Positions 53,589 through 63,007 of a DNA stretch of 64,000 nt are shown one piece after another. Every line of letters begins with the position of its first letter. The first letter of the stretch is position 1. The position numbers and the translations under genes are program-made. The stretch is from NCBI GenBank assembly GCA_965243025.1, contig CBDETY010000003.1:96001-160000 (forward strand). The letters are read 5' to 3'. The notes beneath the pieces were generated by a model, which was given only the letters and a program-made list of their open reading frames with translations, had not been told where the DNA came from and searched no databases. This DNA comes from Candidatus Latescibacterota bacterium. GTDB lineage: Bacteria > Latescibacterota > UBA2968 > UBA8231.

Positions 53589-56224
53589 CCGCCCCGGCCG
53601 CCCTCCTCCTCCGCCTCCGGCTCGCCCTGGGTGGGCTGGCGCTCGCCCTGTTTCCGGCCGGCGCCGACCTGCCGGACGCCGAGCCTTCGACCGACTTTCT
53701 GCGCCGCCCTCTGCCGTTTCAGTACACCAACTACGGGGAGGAGCTCTACCGCCCCTACCGCCGGCAGATCCGGCTCGCCCAGCGCTACGACCACCTGGGG
53801 AACTTCCTCGCCGAGGGGTTCCTCGTCTACGAGGTGGACGAGCGGCGGCCCGGCAGCAGCCGCATCCGCAAGGACCCCCTGTACCGGTCGCTCAACAACC
53901 TCGTGATCTCCTACGACAGCTTCGGCCCCTGGAACTGGGCGCTGACCATCGGCGACGAGGTGCGCACCGAGATCACCCCCCTGACCTTCCGACAGGCCGG
54001 CTTCAACGGCCTGCGCTGGGACCTGGTGTTCCCCGGCAACAAGATCACCCTGATGACCTCCCGGGGCTTCGACGCGGAGGACTTTCCGACCCTGAGGACG
54101 TTCTCGTCTCCCCTGCCTGACTTCCTCACCCTGACCGCGGAGTTCATCGAGGAGGAGGAGGTCAACCCGGTGATGAACTTCGTCGGCCACTGGGAGACCC
54201 GGGTCGGGGATGTCCTGCGGTTCGGAACCACCCTCGTCAACCAGCACCAGGTCAACGCCGGGCGCAGCGGCGAGGGGGGGTTCCTGCGCGGCAGCATCCC
54301 CTACCCGGAGATGCAGACCCCGCACGAGATCGCCGTGCGCGTCAGGGACGACTCCCCGGAGACCGGGTCGGCCGGCGCCGTCGTGTACGGCGTCTTCATC
54401 GACGTCGAGGGGGTCGGCGAGGAGGGGGAGGAGGGGGCCAGCAGCGACCCGGACAGTCCCCTGTTCGATCCGGCGCTGACCCCCGAGGTGGTCGGTGGCC
54501 GCCGCGGGGACGGCTACCTCGAGGTGCGCGGCGACGAGGCCGTCGAGTTCTTCTTCCCGGTGCCGGAGAGCTACTCCCCGAGGGGGGTGACGGTGCGCGC
54601 CGTGGTCGCCAACGACTACCGCATCGAGCTGGCCCAGGAGCACAAGTTCTTCTCGGTTCTCGACGACCGCTTCGAGCCGCGGCGCATCCCCTACCGGACC
54701 GTCTCCAGGGCCCCCGGGGAGGTCGCCGACTTCAGCAACCGCGACGCCGTCCGCTTCGAGCACAGCCTGCCGACGGGCCAGACCCTCTACGGCTTCGACT
54801 TCAAGGCCCAGTTCGTCGGCCTGGAGGTGACCGGGGAGTACGAGCGCAACCTCCTCTACCGCCGTTTCCCCGTGCTGGGGGGCCGCAAGGAGACCGGCCG
54901 CGCCGGGGCCTGGTACGTGACCGCGCTCAGGGACCTCGCCTTCCTCGAGCTCGGCGGCGAGCTGTTCCGCCTCGACCCGGAGTACGGCGGCGGCTACGAC
55001 AGCCGGCGGGGCGGCATCCTCCTCTACACGGACAAGGCGGGCAGGGCCGGGGACATCAGCATGCTGTCGGAGTTTCCCATCGTCGACGACAACGACGACG
55101 ACGACCGCTACGCCGACGACAACCGGCACGACTACCCCAACGCGTCCGAGACCGAGTCGGGGGTGTTCCCCGGCCTCGACAAGGACCACGACAACATCCC
55201 CGACGACGACAGGAACGCCAACGGCGTGCCGGATTTCGAAGAGCCGTTCCTGCTCTACGGGTCCGATCCGCAGGAGTTCGTCTACGGCGTCGACGCCAAC
55301 AACAACGGCGTCATCGACGAGCGCGAGAACGACGACAAGCCCGACTACCCCTACGACCGCGACCGCAAGGGGGGCCACCTGTTCCTGGCGCTGCCGGACT
55401 GGAGAGGCATTTCGGGCGCGGCCGGGCTCTACCGCCAGGAGCAGATCGCCGGCCCGGGGCGCGCCGAATCACGCTACCTGCGCGGCGCCTGGCGCTTCGA
55501 CGTGCCGCGCTGGGCGCGGATCGAGCTCAACCACGACACCAAGCGGGTGTGGGACACGATTCCCGACCCGGTCTTCGTCTTCCGCCCCGGCGAGAACAAC
55601 AACCCCGACCGGCCGCCGTCGCCCGACCCCCTCGACATGGCCGACTCCTGGGTGCACACCAGCTTCGCCGGAACCCGGCTGACGCGGTTCGCCTCGCTTC
55701 ACGTCGAGAACAACCTGCAGTGGGTCCTCAACCGCCAGCTCGACAGGAGCGACCGCCTGCAGACGATCACCATGGTCAACAAGGCGGACTGGACCTGGAG
55801 CCGGGGGCCTGCGGCGGTGCGGCCGATGTTCAAGCACCTGCTCAAGCACGTTGCCCGGGACCGCCGCCGCCGCGCCGTCGAGTCCTGGAACCAGGTCGTT
55901 CCGATCCTGAGGATCGACGTCAACCTGACCGAGAGCACCTCCATCCAGTTCGGGCAGCAGGGGATCGGCATCCCCTTCACCGCGGTCACGGCGCCGCTGC
56001 TGGCCGCCCGCCGCATCGACCGGGTCGACCGCTCCCGGCAGCTCGAGTCGGTCGACTCGGTGCTGATGTTCACCGTCAAGGGCAACTACCAGGGGTACGA
56101 CATCGTCTCCAACACCGGCTTCCAGCGCCGCAACGAGGAGTACGCCGACCCCGCGGTGGCGCGCACCCGGGACGGGGGCCTGTCCCGCTTCTTCATTTCG
56201 CTCATCGCCGGGTACGACCGCTGA
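53585..56224 (+). CDS. Asp-rich putative outer-membrane protein, paralog of 1146..4037
   Basis: TPLTF..GFNGLRWD, DDSP, VANDY and DDNDDDD..GVFPGLDKD..PDYPYD blocks; TTG start overlaps the upstream stop. Confidence 0.7.
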   Translation: MTAPAALLLRLRLALGGLALALFPAGADLPDAEPSTDFLRRPLPFQYTNYGEELYRPYRRQIRLAQRYDHLGNFLAEGFLVYEVDERRPGSSRIRKDPLYRSLNNLVISYDSFGPWNWALTIGDEVRTEITPLTFRQAGFNGLRWDLVFPGNKITLMTSRGFDAEDFPTLRTFSSPLPDFLTLTAEFIEEEEVNPVMNFVGHWETRVGDVLRFGTTLVNQHQVNAGRSGEGGFLRGSIPYPEMQTPHEIAVRVRDDSPETGSAGAVVYGVFIDVEGVGEEGEEGASSDPDSPLFDPALTPEVVGGRRGDGYLEVRGDEAVEFFFPVPESYSPRGVTVRAVVANDYRIELAQEHKFFSVLDDRFEPRRIPYRTVSRAPGEVADFSNRDAVRFEHSLPTGQTLYGFDFKAQFVGLEVTGEYERNLLYRRFPVLGGRKETGRAGAWYVTALRDLAFLELGGELFRLDPEYGGGYDSRRGGILLYTDKAGRAGDISMLSEFPIVDDNDDDDRYADDNRHDYPNASETESGVFPGLDKDHDNIPDDDRNANGVPDFEEPFLLYGSDPQEFVYGVDANNNGVIDERENDDKPDYPYDRDRKGGHLFLALPDWRGISGAAGLYRQEQIAGPGRAESRYLRGAWRFDVPRWARIELNHDTKRVWDTIPDPVFVFRPGENNNPDRPPSPDPLDMADSWVHTSFAGTRLTRFASLHVENNLQWVLNRQLDRSDRLQTITMVNKADWTWSRGPAAVRPMFKHLLKHVARDRRRRAVESWNQVVPILRIDVNLTESTSIQFGQQGIGIPFTAVTAPLLAARRIDRVDRSRQLESVDSVLMFTVKGNYQGYDIVSNTGFQRRNEEYADPAVARTRDGGLSRFFISLIAGYDR

Positions 56225-59200
56225 TGAACGCGCTCCTGCCGGTCGTCATGGCGGCGCTGGTCGCCGGAAGCCAGTGGTGGACGAACCCCGAGGACATGGG
56301 CAAGGAGTTCGCCGCGGCGCAGCGCCTGCTGGCATCGGGGGACTTCGACGGCGCCCGCAAGTCGTACGAGGCCCTGCTGCGGGTGCCCGAGCATCCGCTC
56401 ATGCGCCCCTCGCGCGTCCGCGTGAAGGTGGACGACAAGGAGGTCAACCTGCGCGAGGCGGCCCGCTACCAGCTCGCCAACCTCGACCGCAGGGAAGGGC
56501 TGCAGCTGCTCCGGGAGGCCGGGTCCGCCTCCCCGGCCGCGGCCGGGTCCCTGCGGGCCGCGGCCCCGGAGCGGTTCGCCTCGGCGGCTGTGAGTTTCCG
56601 CGGCCTGCGGGACGAACCCGGCTTCGGCCTGCGCGAGACGGCCGCCTTCCTGGTGGTCGACTGCTGGTTCGAGGCCGGCATGTACGAACGGGCCGCGGCC
56701 GCCGCCCGGGAGCTGCTGGAGCTGTTCCCCGAAGGCCGCTACCGGGCGCGGGCCCGCTACGCCCTGGGGTGGTCGCTCTTCCACCTCGGGAAGTTCTCCG
56801 GGGCGGCCGCGGCCTTCGCCCGCTACCTCGAGGCCGACTCGACCAGCGCGCGCGCCGACCGGGCGCGGCTGCAGCGGGGGCTGGCGCTGGAGCAGCAGGG
56901 GGAGTACGCCGCCGCCCTTCAGGCCTTCGACCGCCTCGCCCGTTCCCGCGACCCGGAGGGGATGTCCCACCGCGAGCGCACCGAGGCCGCCCTGTCGGGG
57001 CTGCGCGAGGGGGAGAGCCGGCGCCTGCTTGCGGCCAAGGCCTGGGTCAAGAAGGGGGACATGCACCGCAGGCTGCGGGAGCTGCCCGCGGCGCTCGGCT
57101 CCTACCGCATGGTCACCGGGGAGTTCGCAGCCCAGACCTCCGTGGCCGAGACCGCGTGGCTGCGCCTGGCGGAGGTGGAGCGGCAGGCGAACGGGGTGGA
57201 CGCCGCCCTCGCGGTCTACCGCTACGCCGCGGAGACCGCGGAGAGGGAGCCGTTCCGCGGGCGCATGCAGGCGGGGCTGATGAGCCTGCTGTTCGAGGAG
57301 GGGCGCTACGCCGAGTCCCTGGCGGCGCACCTGCTCTACCTCGCCAGCTACGGCGCCGTGGCCGAGGCGGCCGGGGTCCGGGTCGACGAGGCCCGCTACC
57401 GGGCCGGGGAGTGCTACCGCCTGCTCGCGGGGAACGCGGAGGAAGCCGGGACCGATTCCCTGCTGGAAGCGGCCGCGGCCGCGTACCGGCTCGTGTTCGA
57501 AGACGAGGGATCGAGCCTGGGGCGGGACGCCCGTTTCTGGACCGGGCACGTCCGGGAGCTCCTCGGCGACCTGCCGGGGGCGGTCGATGCCTTCGCCGCG
57601 GTCGCCGCGGACAGCGCGGACCCCGCCATCGCCTGCCAGGCCGAGCTGCGGCTCGCCGGGCTGGAACCGGGGCAACGGACCGAACGCCTGCGGCGGGTCC
57701 TCGCTCGCTGCGAAGACGGACAGGTGCGGGCCGCGGCCGCCCTCGAGCTGGCCTACGGGCACGGCCGCCGGGGGGAGACGGCCGCGGCGCGCCGGCTGCT
57801 GGAAGGGATAACCCCCGGCCTGCCGCAGTGGCGGCAGGCGCAGCTGATGCTGGCGCAGGCGCACGCGCAGGAAGGGGACGTCGACGGGGCGCTCGCCCTG
57901 CTGTCGGCGCGGTCGCAGGGCGCGGAAGATCCGGATTTCGAGCGCGAGCTGCGGGCGCAGACCGCGCTGCTGCTGCAGCTCCGGGGCCGGCACGAGGAGG
58001 CGTTGGCGATCCTTCGGGAGACCGCGCCTGGCCTGCGGGGCGGGCTGCGGGTGCCGGCCCATTTCGGCTGGGGGAGGGCGTTGTTCCTGACGGGAAACCC
58101 GCGGGCCGCATGGGACCGGTGGGCGGAGGTGCTGCGCCGGGAGCGGACCACAGCGGAGGAGAAGCGCGCCCTGCTGCGGGCGCTGGGGGCGTGCGCCCGG
58201 GAGCTGGGGGAGCCGGAGCGGATGCTGCCGGTGTTCGAGGCCATGCTGGCAGATTCGAGCAGCCGAATCGAGGGACGGCTGGGACTGGCCCGGCATTTCC
58301 TCGACTCCGGGATGCCGGGGAAGGCCGCGGCGCAGGCGCGCGGACTGGCCCCGGCCGCCGCTTCGCCCGAGGCCGCGCAGGCCGCCCTGCTGCTGGCCGG
58401 AGCCCTGGCGGCGCAGGACAGCCTGATCGCCGCCGAAGCCGTCCTGCTGGCCGGGTTGAAGCAGGGGCCGGACCGGGAGGCCGCGGCGGAGATGCAGTTC
58501 CAGCTCGGCAGCCTCTACCAGCGGCTGGGGAGGCATGCCGAGGCCCGGCGCTCTTTCTCCGCGGCCGCCGGGGAGACCGCCCGCCGCGACCTGGCGTCCG
58601 CGGCCGCCTGGCACGCCGCCCACAGCCATGCCGCGGCCGGGGAAGAGCCGGAGGCAACCGCCCTGTTTCGCCGGGTCGTCGGCGAGTTCGCGGAGCAGCC
58701 CCAGGCCGCGAAGGCGGCCCTCCTGCTGGCGGAGAAGGCCCACGGGGGCGGGGACCTCGCCGCGGCCCTGCGATGGTACGAGACCATCCGCGCTCAGTGG
58801 CCGCGAACCCCCGAGGCCGCGGACGCCGCCTACGGGGCGGCCTGGTGCCACCTGGAGCTGGGGAACGGAGAAGCGACGGATTCCCTGTTCAGGTCCCTGC
58901 CCGAAGAGTTCCCCGGCCACCCGAGGGCCCGGGAGGGCCTGCTCAACCTCGGGGACTTCTACTACAACCGCGCCGACCACGGGGCCGCCCGCGAAGTCTA
59001 CGAGGAGGTCGCCGGCCTTTACCCCGGCAGCGGCGAGGCCGCGCAGGCGATGGAGGTGCTGCGGCACCTCGACGACGCCGCGGCCGACTCCCTCTACCGG
59101 AAGGGGATGGAGGCGTTCGACGCCGGCTCCTTCGAGGCGGCGATACCGCTGCTGCGGCAGGTGGTCGAGACCTGGCCGGGCACCCCGAGCGAGGCCGCGG

Positions 59201-59379
59201 CCCGCTGCAACATCGGCATGGCCTACCAGCGCCTCGGGGAGCACCGCGCCGCCGCCCGCGTCTACGACGAGGCCGTAAGGGCCCTCGAAGGCCGGGAAGA
59301 GGAGCAGGAGGCGCGCGAGTTCGCGCGCAGGAACCGCGCCTGGATAGCGGCCCGCATATTCGGCGGGGAGGCCCTGTAG
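56224..59379 (+). CDS. Large exported TPR-repeat protein, paralog of 4066..7311
   Basis: ATG at 56224; TPR repeats; ends EAREFARRNRAWIAARIF, similar to EAYQFARAHREWITANRL. Confidence 0.8.
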   Translation: MNALLPVVMAALVAGSQWWTNPEDMGKEFAAAQRLLASGDFDGARKSYEALLRVPEHPLMRPSRVRVKVDDKEVNLREAARYQLANLDRREGLQLLREAGSASPAAAGSLRAAAPERFASAAVSFRGLRDEPGFGLRETAAFLVVDCWFEAGMYERAAAAARELLELFPEGRYRARARYALGWSLFHLGKFSGAAAAFARYLEADSTSARADRARLQRGLALEQQGEYAAALQAFDRLARSRDPEGMSHRERTEAALSGLREGESRRLLAAKAWVKKGDMHRRLRELPAALGSYRMVTGEFAAQTSVAETAWLRLAEVERQANGVDAALAVYRYAAETAEREPFRGRMQAGLMSLLFEEGRYAESLAAHLLYLASYGAVAEAAGVRVDEARYRAGECYRLLAGNAEEAGTDSLLEAAAAAYRLVFEDEGSSLGRDARFWTGHVRELLGDLPGAVDAFAAVAADSADPAIACQAELRLAGLEPGQRTERLRRVLARCEDGQVRAAAALELAYGHGRRGETAAARRLLEGITPGLPQWRQAQLMLAQAHAQEGDVDGALALLSARSQGAEDPDFERELRAQTALLLQLRGRHEEALAILRETAPGLRGGLRVPAHFGWGRALFLTGNPRAAWDRWAEVLRRERTTAEEKRALLRALGACARELGEPERMLPVFEAMLADSSSRIEGRLGLARHFLDSGMPGKAAAQARGLAPAAASPEAAQAALLLAGALAAQDSLIAAEAVLLAGLKQGPDREAAAEMQFQLGSLYQRLGRHAEARRSFSAAAGETARRDLASAAAWHAAHSHAAAGEEPEATALFRRVVGEFAEQPQAAKAALLLAEKAHGGGDLAAALRWYETIRAQWPRTPEAADAAYGAAWCHLELGNGEATDSLFRSLPEEFPGHPRAREGLLNLGDFYYNRADHGAAREVYEEVAGLYPGSGEAAQAMEVLRHLDDAAADSLYRKGMEAFDAGSFEAAIPLLRQVVETWPGTPSEAAARCNIGMAYQRLGEHRAAARVYDEAVRALEGREEEQEAREFARRNRAWIAARIFGGEAL

Positions 59380-60215
59380 TGGGCCGCGGACCAGGGGCAG
59401 GACGCCACCTGTCGACCGGGCGGGCGGTGCGGGGCCGTCGAACCGGCTCCCCGGCTCGCGCCCCGTTCCCGCCGCGGGCCCTCGCCCTGGCCTGGCTGGG
59501 GGCCGCGGCGACCGCCTGCGTGTCGCTGCCGCCCGACCTCGTGTACCAAGTGGCGTTCGCGCCGCGGCCGCAGCAGCTCGCCGAAGAGGATTTCTACTTC
59601 GACCCGGAGGACAGCACCACGGTGTTCCAGCGCGGGGGCTTCCGCCTCAAGCTGCGCCACCTCGGCGACCGCGAGCTCAACGAGGAGTACGCCCGCTTCA
59701 CCTACCGCGAGCCGAACCTCAACCCCTTCACCTACGGCCGCGACCGCGACCGCGACCTCGGGTACTCGCCGCCGCGCTTCACCGTTTTCGAGATGACCGC
59801 GGTCAACCAGACCTTTCCCAAGGTCATGGTCGATCCGGCGCGGATGACCCTGCTCACGGACCGCGGGGACCGGCTTCAGTACTGGTCGGTGCGCAAGCGG
59901 GACGCGCCCAACAGCTTCGAAGCCTACTACATGGAGCGCCGCGGCCAGGGCGGCAACGAGGAGCACTATTTCAACGAAAGACTCGGAATCGTGCGCGAGT
60001 CCCTGTACAGGCGGAACACCTTCGTCTTCAAGGGGGAGAGCTACTCGGGAAAGGTGGTCTTCGGACCGCTGCACCCCGGCGTCCGGCAGGCGACGGTGAA
60101 TGTCGAAGGCATCGTCCTGCGGTTCGACGCCTTCGACGTCCCCGGGGAAACGGCGGGGGCGTCTATGACCTTCGCCGTGCGCCAGCGCGTACTGAAAGCT
60201 GAAACGTCCCCTTGA
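59379..60215 (+). CDS. Putative lipoprotein
   Basis: Lipobox-like ATAC followed by a globular domain (NPFTYG..PPRFTVFE); start codon uncertain. Confidence 0.6.
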   Translation: MGRGPGAGRHLSTGRAVRGRRTGSPARAPFPPRALALAWLGAAATACVSLPPDLVYQVAFAPRPQQLAEEDFYFDPEDSTTVFQRGGFRLKLRHLGDRELNEEYARFTYREPNLNPFTYGRDRDRDLGYSPPRFTVFEMTAVNQTFPKVMVDPARMTLLTDRGDRLQYWSVRKRDAPNSFEAYYMERRGQGGNEEHYFNERLGIVRESLYRRNTFVFKGESYSGKVVFGPLHPGVRQATVNVEGIVLRFDAFDVPGETAGASMTFAVRQRVLKAETSP

Positions 60216-60387
60216 TTGAAGCCGAGGGATCGGTTTCTTTGCGGATCGAAATCAGAGAATCAGACATGGGCCTGCGTTGAAACCTGACTGAACGAGGTGG
60301 TTTTGCAGCATTCTACCTGACCGCAACGAACCCTTGCGGACCTTCCGCAAATTCTCGGCCGGGCACTCCCATCGGTGACGGGCGCAC

Positions 60388-61494
60388 ATGCTCGATCTCT
60401 CTCAGCCCCGCATTCTCCTCGAGTTCGTTCTCCTCTCCGGTCTTCTGACTGCCGGCTGCTACACCGCCTACACCGACATCCGCTTCCGGCGCCTGCCCCA
60501 CAGATGGGTTTACGGCCTTCTCGGGGCCGGCCTCCTCGGACAGTTGATGTTCCTCGACCTGCTGGCGACGAACTGGACGAACATCGTCCTCGTCTTCGCC
60601 GGCGGCTTCGTCGTCTCCTACCTCCTCTACGCCTACGGGTTCTGGGCGCCGGGGGACGCCAAGCTCTACTGGGCCGTCGTCGTTGCCCTTCCTCCGAGCC
60701 TGGTGCCCGTTCACGACGCCTTCTCGATGAACGATCCCCTGTGGGCGATCTTCATCAATTCGGTGGTCCTCAGCTTTCTCTTCATCGCCGGGCTGCTGGT
60801 TTCCAGCCGCAGGAGCCGGTCGCGGCTCGCCGCTTCGATCCGGGAAGCCCGCCTCGATGCCAGGTCCCTTCTCCGGACCGGGGCCCGGGCCGTGGGCCTG
60901 GCCGGGATCGCGCTCATGGCAACCGCCTTCGTCATCGAGCGCCCGATGGCGGTCACCGAGAACCTCCTGATCCTCATGTTGCTGTTCCTGGCGTCGGAGC
61001 GTCTGGTCCGGCCCCCGTACGAGAGCCTGTACGTCTGGCCGGGCGCCGCAGGCTGGATCTACCTGTCCTGGATCACCGGTTCCTGGCTCGACCACCTCAT
61101 TGTCGCGGCGCTGGGCGCGGCCATCATGGCCGCCTTCTTCTTCATCCGCGACTACTACTCCTCGGCTTTCGTTCAGGGCCTCGCCGTCGACGACCTGCGA
61201 CCGGGACTGACGCCCCACAGGTCCCTGTACATGGAGAAGGATCCCGGCACGGGGGGGCGGCGCTACACCCTCGGCGATGCCGGGGGGCAGGACCGGCACA
61301 CCCTGTGCAGGGCCGGCGAGCCGTTGACCGCCGAAGACGTGTCCCGGCTCAGGCAGGTCAAAGCGGGAGGCGCCCTCGAAGGAATCGGCGACCGCATAGA
61401 GATAGAGGGGGCCATTCCCTTCGCGCCCTTCATCACCGCGGGCACGGCGGTCACCGTACTGGCCGCCGGAACCATGACGAGGCTCTTGCCATGA
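60388..61494 (+). CDS. A24-family (prepilin/preflagellin-like) aspartic peptidase
   Basis: YTDIRFRRLP, WAPGDAKL, VDDLRPG and C-terminal IPFAPFITAG motifs. Confidence 0.8.
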   Translation: MLDLSQPRILLEFVLLSGLLTAGCYTAYTDIRFRRLPHRWVYGLLGAGLLGQLMFLDLLATNWTNIVLVFAGGFVVSYLLYAYGFWAPGDAKLYWAVVVALPPSLVPVHDAFSMNDPLWAIFINSVVLSFLFIAGLLVSSRRSRSRLAASIREARLDARSLLRTGARAVGLAGIALMATAFVIERPMAVTENLLILMLLFLASERLVRPPYESLYVWPGAAGWIYLSWITGSWLDHLIVAALGAAIMAAFFFIRDYYSSAFVQGLAVDDLRPGLTPHRSLYMEKDPGTGGRRYTLGDAGGQDRHTLCRAGEPLTAEDVSRLRQVKAGGALEGIGDRIEIEGAIPFAPFITAGTAVTVLAAGTMTRLLP

Positions 61495-62093
61495 ACGTGA
61501 AAGACACGGACAACCGGCGTCCCTGGATCGTGCCGGCGGCCGTCGCCGCGACGGTCGGGATCCTGCTCAGCGCGGCGCTCATCGTCGCTTCGAAGCGCTA
61601 CGCTTCCGAAGAGATCTGGACGGACGAGCAGTTCAAACCCCTGGTCGGGAAGCTCGCGCCGTACTTCGAGCGGGCATCGGTCGCCCACGGAACGGTGAGC
61701 AACGAGGATTTCTCGGGGGAGCCGTACGTGCTCTTCTTCGGGGACCCGGGCTGTTCCGCCTGCGACATGATGTACCACGTGCTGCAGGAGGCCGACCAGG
61801 AGCTCGACATCCTCTACATCGGCGCCGGCGACAGCCTGCGGCTGGTCGAGAAGACGGATTCGCTGGGATTCCGCTTTCCCATCCTCTACGACCCGGCGAA
61901 CGAGGTCCGGGAGCTCTTCGGTGTCGACGCCACGCCGACCTCCCTGGTGATCGGCGCCGATGGACGGGTAGAATCCGGCGCCGCCGGGTCGATCAGCGCC
62001 GGCCGCGTCGTGGAGAAACTCCATTCCGAGAAGCAGATGAAGGAGGGATTGATCTGGAACCTTCTGAACCGGGACTCCGGCGGGCGCGGTTGA
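61491..62093 (+). CDS. Membrane-anchored TlpA/redoxin-like protein
   Basis: N-terminal TM; CSAC; FPILYD..FGVDATPTS; ATGA overlap with the peptidase. Confidence 0.75.
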   Translation: MNVKDTDNRRPWIVPAAVAATVGILLSAALIVASKRYASEEIWTDEQFKPLVGKLAPYFERASVAHGTVSNEDFSGEPYVLFFGDPGCSACDMMYHVLQEADQELDILYIGAGDSLRLVEKTDSLGFRFPILYDPANEVRELFGVDATPTSLVIGADGRVESGAAGSISAGRVVEKLHSEKQMKEGLIWNLLNRDSGGRG

Positions 62094-62602
62094 TCGGCGG
62101 CGCCCTTCTCGCCGTCACGCTCCTGTTCCTCGTCCTGTTCTCGGACAGGATCCCCGACAAGCTGACCGCCGTTCTCCCGGCTGAACCGGAGACTTCCGGC
62201 CTGCCTCCGGGGGCCGAGGTGCCTGCGTTCGACCTGCCGGACATGGACGGCGACAGGGTGACCGGCGGCGACCTCGGCGACGGCCCGACAGCCCTGGTCT
62301 TCGTCACCTCCACCTGCCCCTATTGCGGGGAGCTGTTCGCCGGCCTGCGGGATCTGGAGGAAGGGGATGGGGACCTGCTGTTCATCTCCGCCGGGGGCCT
62401 GGCCGAAGGCGCACTGGTGCGGGAAAAGCTCGGGGGGCATTGGCCTGTGCTCTTCGATTCCACGGGGGCGGCATCGACTGCCTTCGAGATTCAGGTGGTG
62501 CCGACCGTGTACGTGGCCGAAAACGGAAAAATCGCTTCCCTGGCGCAGGGAATGCCCCAGGCCCTGGAAGCGGTGCAGACAGCGCTCAGGCGAGGAGGTT
62601 GA
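62090..62602 (+). CDS. TlpA/MauD-like thioredoxin-fold protein
   Basis: GLPPGAEVPAFDL, CPYC and VVPT motifs. Confidence 0.75.
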   Translation: MIGGALLAVTLLFLVLFSDRIPDKLTAVLPAEPETSGLPPGAEVPAFDLPDMDGDRVTGGDLGDGPTALVFVTSTCPYCGELFAGLRDLEEGDGDLLFISAGGLAEGALVREKLGGHWPVLFDSTGAASTAFEIQVVPTVYVAENGKIASLAQGMPQALEAVQTALRRGG

Positions 62603-62642
62603 CAATGCCGAAGTTTCAGAGGTTGACAATGCCGAAGTTTCA
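62595..62642 (+). repeat. Perfect 24-bp tandem duplication
   Basis: GAGGTTGACAATGCCGAAGTTTCA occurs twice. Confidence 0.9.
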
Positions 62643-63003
62643 AAAGACTGAAGGGGAAGAGGAAGAACGCGAGCAGGAGGTGATAACCGCGTTCGTGCGC
62701 GAGAACTGCGACAGGATTCACTCGCGCGATGACGTGGCGCGAAAGTTGGGTGTCTGCCCGGAGACGGTTTCCAACCACATACGAAATGAAACGGGAATGG
62801 GTTTTACTGAGTTTCTGCATCAACACCAGGTCGCCAGGGCGATGGACCTGCTTGAATCGACCAGTCTCAACGTATCGCAGATTGCCGGTCAGGTGGGGTT
62901 CACGAGTCCGGAGCACTTCTCCCGGGTTTTCCACAAGGTGACCGGCTCACCGCCGACTCATTACCGTCTCGCCAAGAGGGCGGAGAAGGCAAACGCCGAG
63001 TAA
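62605..63003 (+). CDS. AraC-family HTH protein (DNA-binding domain only)
   Basis: LNVSQIAGQVGFTSPEHFSRVFHKVTGSPPTHYR motif. Confidence 0.88.
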   Translation: MPKFQRLTMPKFQKTEGEEEEREQEVITAFVRENCDRIHSRDDVARKLGVCPETVSNHIRNETGMGFTEFLHQHQVARAMDLLESTSLNVSQIAGQVGFTSPEHFSRVFHKVTGSPPTHYRLAKRAEKANAE

Positions 63004-63007
63004 GGCG

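Noticed and set aside
60285-60310. sigma54 promoter upstream of the A24 peptidase
   Set aside because: TTGCA is present but the -24 position reads CG rather than GG.
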